Positions 16,501 to 25,704 of a stretch of DNA of 36,028 nucleotides are shown here, one piece after another. The position numbers and the translations under genes are program-made. The notes below the pieces were generated by a model. The model was not told the DNA's origin. It searched no databases and saw only the letters and a program-made list of their open reading frames with translations. Every line of letters starts with the position of its first letter. The first letter of the stretch is position 1. This DNA comes from a virus (taxonomy: Duplodnaviria; Caudoviricetes): positions 1 to 36,028 of the IMG/VR virus record IMGVR_UViG_3300005611_000094. One strand, given 5' to 3'.

Positions 16501-19500
16501 AACCTGACACCTTCTTTAGTCATTTTATCAAATTCTTTTTTTAGCTCATTGTATTTATTTTTTACATTTTGTTGTTGTTCTTTGTTTGTAATACCTCGAT
16601 AATATTTTAATGTACCATCTTTAGCAGGATTAGCTTCTCTTTTTATCATAGTAAATTTAAACAAAGTTGTAAAGTTATTACCTTGAGCTCTATCTTCTGG
16701 TCTAATTAAACGTAAGCTTTTTTCTATTTGTTCTTCAATATCTTTTTGTTTTGCATTATTCATTTGATGAAACGCAAGTGTTAACTCGGTATTAAGTTCT
16801 ATAGTACTATAAGGCATTGTACCAACTTTATATTTAATATTACCATCTTTATCTTTTACTATATTTGTAACACGACCTAATGTTTGGTCTTTTTCTGCAT
16901 TCTCAATAAATTTTAATTGGTCTTTTAATGTAGTAGTAGCAAAATGTTCAAACCAAGTAGGTGTGCCATCAACAAAATATATTTCTTTTTTTGCATCTTT
17001 ATCTTTAGACTTAGGATTAATACCAAATTTAATTGATTTTTGCATTAATCTTTTAACAATACCAGGTTGTAACATAGAATCATAATAATTCATAAAATTG
17101 TTTATATCTTTTGCAGTAGCATCACTAAACTCTTTACCTATTTGAAATCCTTGAAATGGTCTACCCGTAGTAAAAGATTCAAATTGAGCATCAATAGTAG
17201 AGCCAAACCCCTTATATTTTTTTAAAAAGTTTTCCAATCTACGCAACACAGCTTTACCGTACTCTGTCACGTTAGGGTCTTTATAAGCTTCTTCAAAACT
17301 AATTTTTGCATCACCAGTTTCTTTGTCTACTTTAATTTTTCTATATTGTTCTTCAATAATAACTTCTTGTTTGTTTTCTTTTTCTTTAGCTATTTCTTCA
17401 CGTACACCTTTTTCTAAATCTTTTACTTTAACTGTTTTAGTTTTACTTACTGGTATATCTGCATTTTCAGTAGTTTCTGGTGCTTTAATTTCATTTGTTT
17501 TGTTATATACTGCGTCTATGGTGTTAAAAAATACTTTACTATTAGCAGGGTCGATAGCAGGATTCTTAAACATCAATTCGTTTTGTAATCCTTCTATAGC
17601 ATTTTTAATATTTCTTACTTCTGATAGCTTTGCATTCGTATCAGCGTCGTATCTCATAGTGCTTTCATCAGGAAATCTATTTTCCAATTCTTTATATATT
17701 TCTTGTATTCTATCATAACCTTGATTCAATGTATATTCTACATTCTTTTTCAGTTTGTTATTATAAATAGCATCACCAAGTTTAGGATTCCCTTTTGTTT
17801 TTACAATCGGATGTGCGTGTAATGCAAAGTCCATAAATGCATACATTTCTCTACGTACAATGTTTAATGCTTGTGGATTCTTAATACGCTTAGTTAACAT
17901 GGTATTCATTACTTTTTTCATATCAAGTATAGACTCTGCAATAGCTCTGCTATTTTCACCTTGTTTCATTTCAAAGGTTTTTCTTAATATAGTTTGCAAA
18001 TCTTGTATAATGTTTTCCCTTGCCATACCTTGCTTACTTAATAGCTCTATAATGTAATCTCCTTTACGTGTTAACAAATCAACACCAATAAGATTATTTA
18101 CAGTTCCTCTAAGATTCTTACCACCCTTTAAATCATTAGTTAAAAACTTTACATTCAAGTCTTTGTAAAAATCTAACAACTCTAGTTCTTTAAATGTACT
18201 ACTCTTCTTAAGGTTTTGATAGGTACGCTGTAAGTATGCAACCACATTTTCTGGACTAGTAAATTTAAAGTTTAAAAACTCTCCACCCATATCTAACTTA
18301 GATAATAATTGTGCTTGCTGCATAAAGTAATTTGTTTCTGCACCTTGCTTCATATATGGTTGCCACTGGTCTATAAAGTCTTTAGCAGCTTTAATTAATG
18401 ATGGGTTTTTAATTTTTCTAAATTTTCCTTTACCTACATATCTATGTTCAGGATTTACCCATACATCTTTTTTACTTTGTATAGCTCTAGAAAATACTTT
18501 AAATGTGTGTAAACTTGTTTGTTTATTATTAGTTAATGTATACCATTTACTAGATTTTTGTGCACTAACATCTTTCCCGTTACGTTGTACTGTAAAAAAT
18601 GTTTCAAATATTTTTTGTACATTATCAGTAGCTTTACCAATCTTTACAAACTCTGCACTATCTACTGCAATATTAATACCAGTATAACTTACATCTTTTA
18701 AAAATCCAAAGTCATTTAATTTAATTTTTAATGTGTATCCATTACCAATATCTAATCTACCACCATTGGTAGTTATAATATCAAATAACATTTGAAAATC
18801 TGTAGTAGCATTTACAATAGTACCCACTGCTTTTTTACCTTCATATGCAGCTTTAGCAGCTTTTATTCTTTCTTTGGTGCTAAATAACATAGATAATTTT
18901 TGACCTTCGCTAATTTGTTTATCTTGAAATACTACATCAAATAAAGTTTCTGCAATACTACGACCTTGTTTGTCATATTTGTTTGTCATTCTTTTCAAAT
19001 CTCTAGGTGTAGCACTAATATTACCATCTTGTAATTCATATTGTATCTTAGGATTACTAAATGCTTTTTTAACTATAGACGGTAATGATTGATACCCTGT
19101 TACTGTATCACCATCTTTATCCATACCACCTAAATACAAATCATTCAACTCTGATGCAAAGAAATTATATCCACCACGTTCTACAAACCCCTTAAATACC
19201 AATGCTCTTACACCACCATTACCACTATTAGGTGTACGCATCACTAAAAATGTTAATGCATCTTCTAACAAATCTAACTTTAACTTATCTGCTTTAGTCT
19301 TTTCAAGTTCTTTGTATTGTTTGTATGCTTCTTTAAGAGTTATTACCTCTCGACCAACTTTTACAGGATTGTTTTTATGTTGTTCTCCAAGCATAAATTC
19401 TGTTTCTTTAAGCCCATGCATACGTTGTAAACGTGGTGTATAGAGCCCAGCATAGGCCTTAAATCCACTTTCTACACCTATTTGATTACTTCTACCTACA

Positions 19501-22500
19501 ATGTATCTTGCAAGGATGTTAGATATAAAATTCTGATTTTCTTTCATTACATTAAATGCGTAATCAGTTTTCTTTAATACCTCTGGTGTAAATCCTAACT
19601 CTGCTATTTCTGCCATATCTAATGTAGCAACGTCAGATAAATCTACAGTATCTTTATTTACTTGTTTATTTAGTTGATTTACTATTTCCTTTGCTCTTTT
19701 GGTAGTAGGATTTGCTTGTAATGTATCGATTAAATCTTGTACTCTAATAGTATCAATGTCAAAATTAATATAGTCATCTCCACCTTTTAAAAATTCTTGT
19801 GTTAATTTTTCATTACCTTCCATATTTTTAATACGTAATTCTTGTATTGCATCAAAATATGTTTGGTCAAAATCTTGTAATGTGTTTTTATCTAAAAATT
19901 GTTTATATAATTTTAATTTCTTTTGTCTATTAATTTCTTGTTTTTGTTTATATACATAGTCAGTAACAGATTCATTTATACCTAGTTCTTCAGGTCTAAT
20001 CTTAGCAACATCAAGTGCATCTTTAAATGACCAGGTATCGTTTTTACCTTCTATAAGTTCATTAAGTTTTATTTTACCAAGCTGTTTAATACCACTACCA
20101 TATACTAAAATATGTGTATTTGTATCCATCATTAACTTATTTAGTCCAGCAGACTCTGGTTTAAATCCACCTGATTTAGTACGTATTTCTCCTCTACCCA
20201 TTCTAGGATTTGCTACAATAACAGGTTTTAAAAATCCATAATCTTTAGCCCAACCAAATTTATTACCAATACTATTCCATACATCTTCTCTAACAATAAA
20301 TCCACCATCAGTACCAGACTCTAGTTCTATACCATACTTCTTTAGTTTTTTATCAGTAACACCTACTAAGTTTAAATATCCGTATATACCACCATCCATA
20401 ACCTTAGCAAGGTCCGTTGCATCCATAGGTACTACATCACTTTGTGGCAATGTGTCATACTTATTATCTTTTAATACATCGCCATTAATCTTTCCTTCAG
20501 CTATATCTTGTTTCAATTCTTTTAATGCTTTCTTTAAATCTGTTTTATTAACAGTAGGTCGTTCTATGTATCCATTGTCTAATAACTTATATACCATATT
20601 AGATGCCATCTCTAATTGCTCTGTTGCACTTTTTAAGTAATCTTTACTAATACCAGATTCAAGCATAGCTTCTACATAAGTATTTAAGTTTTCTTTTACA
20701 TTGTTTGGTACTCTTTGTAATATAACTGTGCCTTTATCTTTAGCACCACCATAAATGTAATAGTCACTATATTCTACTAGCAAGTTTTCATATAACTTAT
20801 CAAGCTCTGCTTTACTATATATATCTAGAGGTTCTTTGTATGTACCAGGATTCTTTGGGTCTTCTGCTTTTCTAATAATAACACGTGTATCCAGTCCATA
20901 TCGTTCATTGATAGAGTTTTCAGCAGTACGTTCTACTAAGTTTTTACCATCTTTATCTACTTCTAATTTAGGTTTACCCTTAGAATCTTTACCAGTACCT
21001 ATTTCAACAATCTCTCCTGATGCATTAATAGCAAATTGAGAACGCTCTGCATAAGTTTTAATACGTAAGAACATAGACTTCAAAGGAACTTCGCCTACTT
21101 CATTTGTAAACTTTACCCCTTTAAATTTGCTTTGAACATAAGATTCAAACCCAGCATAGTCATTGATGTTTTCATAAACACCTTCAATTAGTAACTGCTT
21201 TGTATCGTATTTACCTAGGTTATAATTACTAGGGTCTTTTAGAATTTGTTGATATACTTTGTCTAATGCTGCATTAATAGTTATCGGGTCATTTATATCA
21301 CCATCTTTTGATTTCATATAAGCATTAAGCTCTGGGTCAAAAGAATCTAATAATCTTTTTTTAACTTCTTCTATTTCAAATTTTTTTACTACCTCTCGAC
21401 GTTCTTGTGTTTTTCTAGCAAAGTCTTTATCTGTTTCAAATCTTTTAATATATAACTCTACTGGAGTTTTACCTTTGTCTATCAATGCTTGTACAGCATC
21501 TGATTTAGTAGCTTCTTCTGATAATTCTTTTAATTGTTCTGGATTAGCTTTTTCAATATCTATTTTTTTTTCTTCAGCTATCTTAACAATTTCTCTATCT
21601 ATAATAAGTTTAGCACCTATTTTTTGTGCACGTTGTTGTTGCTGTAGATATAGCGTATTAACGTGTTTATCAAACATTTCTTGTACTTCAGGATTTTCTT
21701 TGTATATCTCAGTCTTTTGTATGTCTTTTTTATATCTATTAATATTGCTATTACCATTAGCCATAGGGTTTTCAGCAATCATCTTTCTAAACTTAATCTC
21801 TTGTGGTGATTTAGAGTTAGCACCAAAAAAGAATCCCATCATATATTCATAGACTTGTTCTGGTAATGGTAGTTGATTATACGTAGCCATACCACCTTGG
21901 AATGATGCACCTGCAATACCACGTGCAAATGCATTAGCTGCAGTTTCATTAGTTAAAGAATTATCAGCTGCATCACGTACTGCTTGCTCTCCTAGTTTTC
22001 TTGTCTTAGGGTTTGATAATAACTTAGATATGTTTACATAACGACCAATACCACCAAAAGTAACCCCTGCTAATGCACCATGCATTGTAGATTCTGCAAT
22101 AGCTTTTGGTCCCTTCCATACTGAACTAGCACCTAATGCAATACCAAGATGTACACCTTCTCTAGCAAGTTGTTGAAATGTTTCATTCTTAAATAAACCT
22201 TTAGATAAAAATCCTTGTGATAATAACCCAGATGATGCAATCTTTTTTTCTATATTGTCAGTAACCATATCGGCTACACGCATAGGTATAGAACGTATCT
22301 GCCAACCTTTTAAATCTTTTATTTCTTTTTCACCAGCTTTTAATGCTAACTTAACAGCTTCTTCTTGACCTTCTTCTGCTATAAACTTAGCAAATGGTCT
22401 AAATCCGCCTATTTCTATTTTAGCTGCACCTTGACCCATTGATGCTGCTAAACCACTAGCAGACTGCTTTATAGACTCTTCTGCGGCCTCTGCTGCAACT

Positions 22501-22976
22501 ACTTGGTCTGCTATCTTACTACGTTTAGTTGCTGCTTCTTTAGTTGGTCTACCTACTGCACGCTTTACTGCTAACTTAGCACCACCTCTTTTAGCTACAA
22601 TACCTGGTACTGCAGCACCCATAGATAATACACTAGCTATAATATCAGGAGCAAATCCAATAAAGTGACCTACCTTATTAGCTAATGCTTCTGTTTGTGT
22701 ATCAGCTTCTGATGCCCAACCTAATGTAGTAAATCCCTCTACAACACCAGATGTAAATTGATTTAATACATCACGTACACTATTCTCAGACGATGCCATA
22801 TCTCTATTGAAATCAATGTCATTGGCTTTCATTCTCTTTTCAATAAAGTCTACATCTTCTTCTGAAAAGTCACGTGGATTAGACTTGTATGCTAAATCTA
22901 TTCTAGTTAAATATGTTTGTTTATCGATTAATCTTTGTGAATAAAGATTATTCAAATACTGCAACTGTGTATTCAA
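13584..22976 (-). CDS. giant (3130 aa) virion protein containing a single-chain double-psi-beta-barrel RNA polymerase
   Basis: TDG (aa 889), RTP (aa 1247), GGMDKDGD (aa 1283-1290), GKKAVG, IAVD (aa 1436-1439); TTG start with AGGAG RBS; follows ejection-type genes. Confidence 0.75.
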   Translation of the reverse strand: MNTQLQYLNNLYSQRLIDKQTYLTRIDLAYKSNPRDFSEEDVDFIEKRMKANDIDFNRDMASSENSVRDVLNQFTSGVVEGFTTLGWASEADTQTEALANKVGHFIGFAPDIIASVLSMGAAVPGIVAKRGGAKLAVKRAVGRPTKEAATKRSKIADQVVAAEAAEESIKQSASGLAASMGQGAAKIEIGGFRPFAKFIAEEGQEEAVKLALKAGEKEIKDLKGWQIRSIPMRVADMVTDNIEKKIASSGLLSQGFLSKGLFKNETFQQLAREGVHLGIALGASSVWKGPKAIAESTMHGALAGVTFGGIGRYVNISKLLSNPKTRKLGEQAVRDAADNSLTNETAANAFARGIAGASFQGGMATYNQLPLPEQVYEYMMGFFFGANSKSPQEIKFRKMIAENPMANGNSNINRYKKDIQKTEIYKENPEVQEMFDKHVNTLYLQQQQRAQKIGAKLIIDREIVKIAEEKKIDIEKANPEQLKELSEEATKSDAVQALIDKGKTPVELYIKRFETDKDFARKTQERREVVKKFEIEEVKKRLLDSFDPELNAYMKSKDGDINDPITINAALDKVYQQILKDPSNYNLGKYDTKQLLIEGVYENINDYAGFESYVQSKFKGVKFTNEVGEVPLKSMFLRIKTYAERSQFAINASGEIVEIGTGKDSKGKPKLEVDKDGKNLVERTAENSINERYGLDTRVIIRKAEDPKNPGTYKEPLDIYSKAELDKLYENLLVEYSDYYIYGGAKDKGTVILQRVPNNVKENLNTYVEAMLESGISKDYLKSATEQLEMASNMVYKLLDNGYIERPTVNKTDLKKALKELKQDIAEGKINGDVLKDNKYDTLPQSDVVPMDATDLAKVMDGGIYGYLNLVGVTDKKLKKYGIELESGTDGGFIVREDVWNSIGNKFGWAKDYGFLKPVIVANPRMGRGEIRTKSGGFKPESAGLNKLMMDTNTHILVYGSGIKQLGKIKLNELIEGKNDTWSFKDALDVAKIRPEELGINESVTDYVYKQKQEINRQKKLKLYKQFLDKNTLQDFDQTYFDAIQELRIKNMEGNEKLTQEFLKGGDDYINFDIDTIRVQDLIDTLQANPTTKRAKEIVNQLNKQVNKDTVDLSDVATLDMAEIAELGFTPEVLKKTDYAFNVMKENQNFISNILARYIVGRSNQIGVESGFKAYAGLYTPRLQRMHGLKETEFMLGEQHKNNPVKVGREVITLKEAYKQYKELEKTKADKLKLDLLEDALTFLVMRTPNSGNGGVRALVFKGFVERGGYNFFASELNDLYLGGMDKDGDTVTGYQSLPSIVKKAFSNPKIQYELQDGNISATPRDLKRMTNKYDKQGRSIAETLFDVVFQDKQISEGQKLSMLFSTKERIKAAKAAYEGKKAVGTIVNATTDFQMLFDIITTNGGRLDIGNGYTLKIKLNDFGFLKDVSYTGINIAVDSAEFVKIGKATDNVQKIFETFFTVQRNGKDVSAQKSSKWYTLTNNKQTSLHTFKVFSRAIQSKKDVWVNPEHRYVGKGKFRKIKNPSLIKAAKDFIDQWQPYMKQGAETNYFMQQAQLLSKLDMGGEFLNFKFTSPENVVAYLQRTYQNLKKSSTFKELELLDFYKDLNVKFLTNDLKGGKNLRGTVNNLIGVDLLTRKGDYIIELLSKQGMARENIIQDLQTILRKTFEMKQGENSRAIAESILDMKKVMNTMLTKRIKNPQALNIVRREMYAFMDFALHAHPIVKTKGNPKLGDAIYNNKLKKNVEYTLNQGYDRIQEIYKELENRFPDESTMRYDADTNAKLSEVRNIKNAIEGLQNELMFKNPAIDPANSKVFFNTIDAVYNKTNEIKAPETTENADIPVSKTKTVKVKDLEKGVREEIAKEKENKQEVIIEEQYRKIKVDKETGDAKISFEEAYKDPNVTEYGKAVLRRLENFLKKYKGFGSTIDAQFESFTTGRPFQGFQIGKEFSDATAKDINNFMNYYDSMLQPGIVKRLMQKSIKFGINPKSKDKDAKKEIYFVDGTPTWFEHFATTTLKDQLKFIENAEKDQTLGRVTNIVKDKDGNIKYKVGTMPYSTIELNTELTLAFHQMNNAKQKDIEEQIEKSLRLIRPEDRAQGNNFTTLFKFTMIKREANPAKDGTLKYYRGITNKEQQQNVKNKYNELKKEFDKMTKEGVRFKFETETGVKGERINKTPEQVVEMINDAYTNIMTTVANDVILSNVSTLRDKLVRVGKKINEYKITDEEILTEPKPSEKGYIDKKIAYDLQQKKMTFLDANGLLSNQTKVDALYAGLSELIASNPLGALRQLPSITDVNFFRYYQRLNEHLERVFEKEVNIKGKKVKLDFTKQLSKEEFAVVRKVKEDYMRNKPLTKIISIGRYLASDGTSKYYVPHTDAFGTKFRREQNEAAIEKIIAKELEKASKDPKILSSIDLEFAASNRDEIALKKALLRYEISLKEKYEGYNTRGVDKMNDIAELAIIEDFTLQKPMDSARYNGHLKGRNEEVSLPEWDLGINHVDRYVGSMYRNLINSNLSLKIGNNIKRFVNKNPLRTDKDITESWAYFMMDVAKNQMGYPSIRNFDIHGITQKEFELLKDYAKNGFDKSFVKGMRKQKDFLERVDYYIGLDTFQRGALRAEIEAMKRDNVDPDTRLERAQAIAKELRMENLSKLLQEKNINKIGRFGNGYGLMTDESVIEFTERLDKVFGGKILDAAPKNRAARDMYIARLGQNLNDLEGKFEMMSLLFHPKTFITNIYGGGSNTITDVGLKPFTDALSDTWWNDNVWGEKTTYKILDSATGEVVTKTIRNRKDWEEWQAYIGTFEDMLINEAQKDSRFQTVGMSEPLVKAVKTVSRTLSKDGLRAKNDKEFDNFADMTTREVFKEVGAGKAITNAGAVFMRKSEFLLRSRTWDAAYINARQMLGEFGKNLPFDHPMLIQLANRTVKASQFIYHATQRPNVANTSLGRVMTRFHPYAWNSIGRRIKVYRGARFEEWSGGYKTQRAQRQLTADLMALALANIFVASIFDYALSPPMNWMQDTSMLLFGDEEERERAFFSQYPHPVLSPLSIVTPPIARFVLAPTTALLNQDFENLTKYQLATYFPFGRFGRDVARTYKSPAMFGEFMFGIPVHTLHDLRRDQIEANEEEIEEDLD

Positions 22977-22977
22977 T

Positions 22978-23652
22978 TTAGTCTCCTAATGTATCTAGAA
23001 GTTCGTTATAAACTTTTCGTTCATATCTATTAAAGTTTTGAGTTTCTCCACTTTCTGCAATAGATAGCAAACTTTCTTTTAATTTATTTTTATTGTCTAA
23101 GTATTCTTTTTCACGAGAAGACCCTGGTAATATTTGTGCAGCATCTTCTGCTTCATACTCAATAAATTTATCAACATTTTGTGACAAATCATATAAAGCT
23201 CTTCTTGTTAAAAATGTTTTAGCATTATCTGGTGTCATTACAATGTCAGCTACTGCATACTCTCCAAATAAACCTTTACCTGTAGTACCTTTTTTAAATC
23301 CTGCTGGACCATACACAGGTCCTTTACCTGGCAAAGTAACCATTTCTTTACCAGAAATTGGTAATTCAGTTTCTTTTCCAGTTTCTAATATTTCTTGAGG
23401 TCTTTCTGGGTCAAATCCTGCTGCTCTTCTTTCTCTTTCTTTTACTTTAGATAAAAGACTGTCTGTTTTAGACATATCATCTTCAGCTTTTAATTTTTCT
23501 AAACCATATTTAAACTCTGCTAAAGATTTTTCATTTTCTAATTGTAACATACTTTTCTTTGCATACATTTCCATTTCTCTTTTAGGTTCATTAAACCCTC
23601 TAAGTGCTTGTAATAATGTAGCTAAGCTTTGTATTGTTTCGTTGCTTGCCAT
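22978..23652 (-). CDS. probable internal virion/ejection protein
   Basis: Helical charged protein next to the giant gene; GGAGG RBS favours start 23652 (MASNE). Confidence 0.55.
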   Translation of the reverse strand: MASNETIQSLATLLQALRGFNEPKREMEMYAKKSMLQLENEKSLAEFKYGLEKLKAEDDMSKTDSLLSKVKERERRAAGFDPERPQEILETGKETELPISGKEMVTLPGKGPVYGPAGFKKGTTGKGLFGEYAVADIVMTPDNAKTFLTRRALYDLSQNVDKFIEYEAEDAAQILPGSSREKEYLDNKNKLKESLLSIAESGETQNFNRYERKVYNELLDTLGD

Positions 23653-23653
23653 T

Positions 23654-24172
23654 TTATATTCCTCCATACATATCTAACAATGATTTACCATAACTTGATT
23701 TAATACCATACTCAGAAGCATACTGGTCTAATTGGAATCCAGCTGATTGTATATCTCTAATAGCAGACGCTTCTCTTTGTTGAATCTGGAATGCAGATTC
23801 TCTAGCTTGTAATGCTCTTGCTTCTTGCTGTCTTCCAAACTCTGCTTGACCTTCCATTAATGCTTGCATACCAGAACCACTACCTGCTAGTCCTGTCATA
23901 CCTACCTGTCCTTGTAATTGTTGCATTCCAAGTCGTTGTTGTTGTATAGCACCAACTTGTTCTAATCCTTGTGCTTCACCTAAAAATTGTCTTTGTGTAG
24001 CAAAATCTGCACGTTCTGCAGTAGCTGCTTGTTGTAATGCACCATACTGTTGTCCTAATAAAGTTTGTGCTCTTCTTCGTTTAGCTGCTTTACGTCTACG
24101 TTCTCTTCTACTTCCAAAAAAACCTGCTATTCCTTGAGCAATAGATACTCCTAAACTTATTGTTTCTAACAT
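23654..24172 (-). CDS. probable internal virion/ejection (pilot) protein
   Basis: N-terminal Gly/Ala hydrophobic segment, then Q/A/G/R-rich helices, as in podovirus ejection proteins. Confidence 0.6.
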   Translation of the reverse strand: MLETISLGVSIAQGIAGFFGSRRERRRKAAKRRRAQTLLGQQYGALQQAATAERADFATQRQFLGEAQGLEQVGAIQQQRLGMQQLQGQVGMTGLAGSGSGMQALMEGQAEFGRQQEARALQARESAFQIQQREASAIRDIQSAGFQLDQYASEYGIKSSYGKSLLDMYGGI

Positions 24173-24849
24173 TATTCTCCTCCTTCAAACGGCTCAAATA
24201 CTTGACCCAAATCATTCATAACATTTAAAATATTAAAACTATTACCTGCAACCTTTGATGCATTTTGTTTTGCTTTAATTAACATAGCATCATTTTCACT
24301 CATAGATGGTTGTTGCTTTTCTAAATCCATTATAGCTTTACCAAAGTTTTCTACACGTTTTGGTGTTTGTTGCTTCCAAGCTGATGCACCACCTTGACTA
24401 TTTTCATTTATTTGTTTTACTGCCTCCATATAATTTCCTTCCTTCAATGCGTTATAAGCTGATGGAAACTTTTTAGTCCATCCTGTTCCTAACTGATAAT
24501 TCACAGAGGTTAAAGCAACTTCAAAATCTTCGCTATCAATACCTAAATCTTTTGCTTGTTGTGATGCTGCATCCATAGCAGTAGCCACATCGTTTCTAAA
24601 CCAGTCATCAGTAGTTTGTTGTGTTAGTTTAATTACATCACCTTTCCTGTCAACTGCTACTTTTCTTTTCATACCATTAATCATTTTTTCTTCATACCTA
24701 TCTATCTTATATGAAGATAATTCATCTTTAGTAAGCAAATGCCCAATACCCCCAGTAGGTTTATCTAACGTATCTAAATATATTACATCCATAAAACCTT
24801 CTTCTGTTTTCAATTCCTCTTGTATTTTCGCTAGTTTATCTTGTGCCAT
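24172..24849 (-). CDS. T4-type (GH24) lysozyme, probably virion-associated
   Basis: EEGFMDVIYLDTLDKPTGGIGH (E-x8-D-x5-T triad), NYQLG, WKQQTPKRV; extra C-terminal tail. Confidence 0.85.
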   Translation of the reverse strand: MAQDKLAKIQEELKTEEGFMDVIYLDTLDKPTGGIGHLLTKDELSSYKIDRYEEKMINGMKRKVAVDRKGDVIKLTQQTTDDWFRNDVATAMDAASQQAKDLGIDSEDFEVALTSVNYQLGTGWTKKFPSAYNALKEGNYMEAVKQINENSQGGASAWKQQTPKRVENFGKAIMDLEKQQPSMSENDAMLIKAKQNASKVAGNSFNILNVMNDLGQVFEPFEGGE

Positions 24850-24852
24850 AAC

Positions 24853-25695
24853 TTATCCTGTTGTTAATTTTTTAATTGCTTCACTTACTATTTCATCTTC
24901 TTTAGGTGCAACATCACTCATATCTCCATCTGTAAACCATCTTGTTTGTCCTGCTGCTTGTGCAGTTGCTTTAATAGCATCTAAATCATAATTTACGCCA
25001 GGTATATCCGACATATTTATATTACTATAGTTATATCCAGTTGATTCAGACATTGCAGGATACATCATATCACCACTAGGAGACATAGTAACATCTAAAG
25101 TATTTTCTAAATATAATTCTGAAGTTCTGTTCATTACATCTTGTTCTGATATAGGTAGCTTTTCTTCGTCTAACATCATACGTGGTTCCATTTCAGGTTC
25201 TTCTGTAAATATAGATTTAACCATAGGTCTATCTGGTTTTGGTAAGGGTTTTCCTGGTAAAGGTTTTTCAAATACGCTATCTTCATATGTATCAAATCCT
25301 GTTTCTTCTATAACAAAGTCCATATTATCGCTTTGTTTTTGTTTTTCTAATAATTCAAGATGTTCAATACTACCTTCTTTTACAATTCCAGTTCCGTAAT
25401 TTGTATGTAAATTATCACCGCTTCTACCGCCAGTTAATGCTGCACCTTCTGGTATATCAATATCAGAAATACCAGAATACTTATCCATTAAAGCTGCTTT
25501 ATTTCTTTTAGCTCTTCTTGTTTTCATTTTATTTACAGCACCTTCTAATGCATACATAGCTTCTTGTCCTGTTTGATATCCTAATATACCTGCAGTAATG
25601 TCATCAATAACACTACCCTCATCTTTTTTCTTTCTATAAATTTGGCTTAGTTCTCCACGAACTTGTGCCATAATTAAATCTGCTCTACTTGCCAT
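24853..25695 (-). CDS. probable internal virion protein
   Basis: 280 aa, acidic and low-complexity, in the ejection cluster. Confidence 0.55.
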   Translation of the reverse strand: MASRADLIMAQVRGELSQIYRKKKDEGSVIDDITAGILGYQTGQEAMYALEGAVNKMKTRRAKRNKAALMDKYSGISDIDIPEGAALTGGRSGDNLHTNYGTGIVKEGSIEHLELLEKQKQSDNMDFVIEETGFDTYEDSVFEKPLPGKPLPKPDRPMVKSIFTEEPEMEPRMMLDEEKLPISEQDVMNRTSELYLENTLDVTMSPSGDMMYPAMSESTGYNYSNINMSDIPGVNYDLDAIKATAQAAGQTRWFTDGDMSDVAPKEDEIVSEAIKKLTTG

Positions 25696-25704
25696 TATTC
25701 CTCC

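Noticed and set aside
14296-23398. Plus-strand ORFs inside the giant gene and its neighbour
   Set aside because: Antisense shadows rich in Ser/Phe/Leu, without RBS
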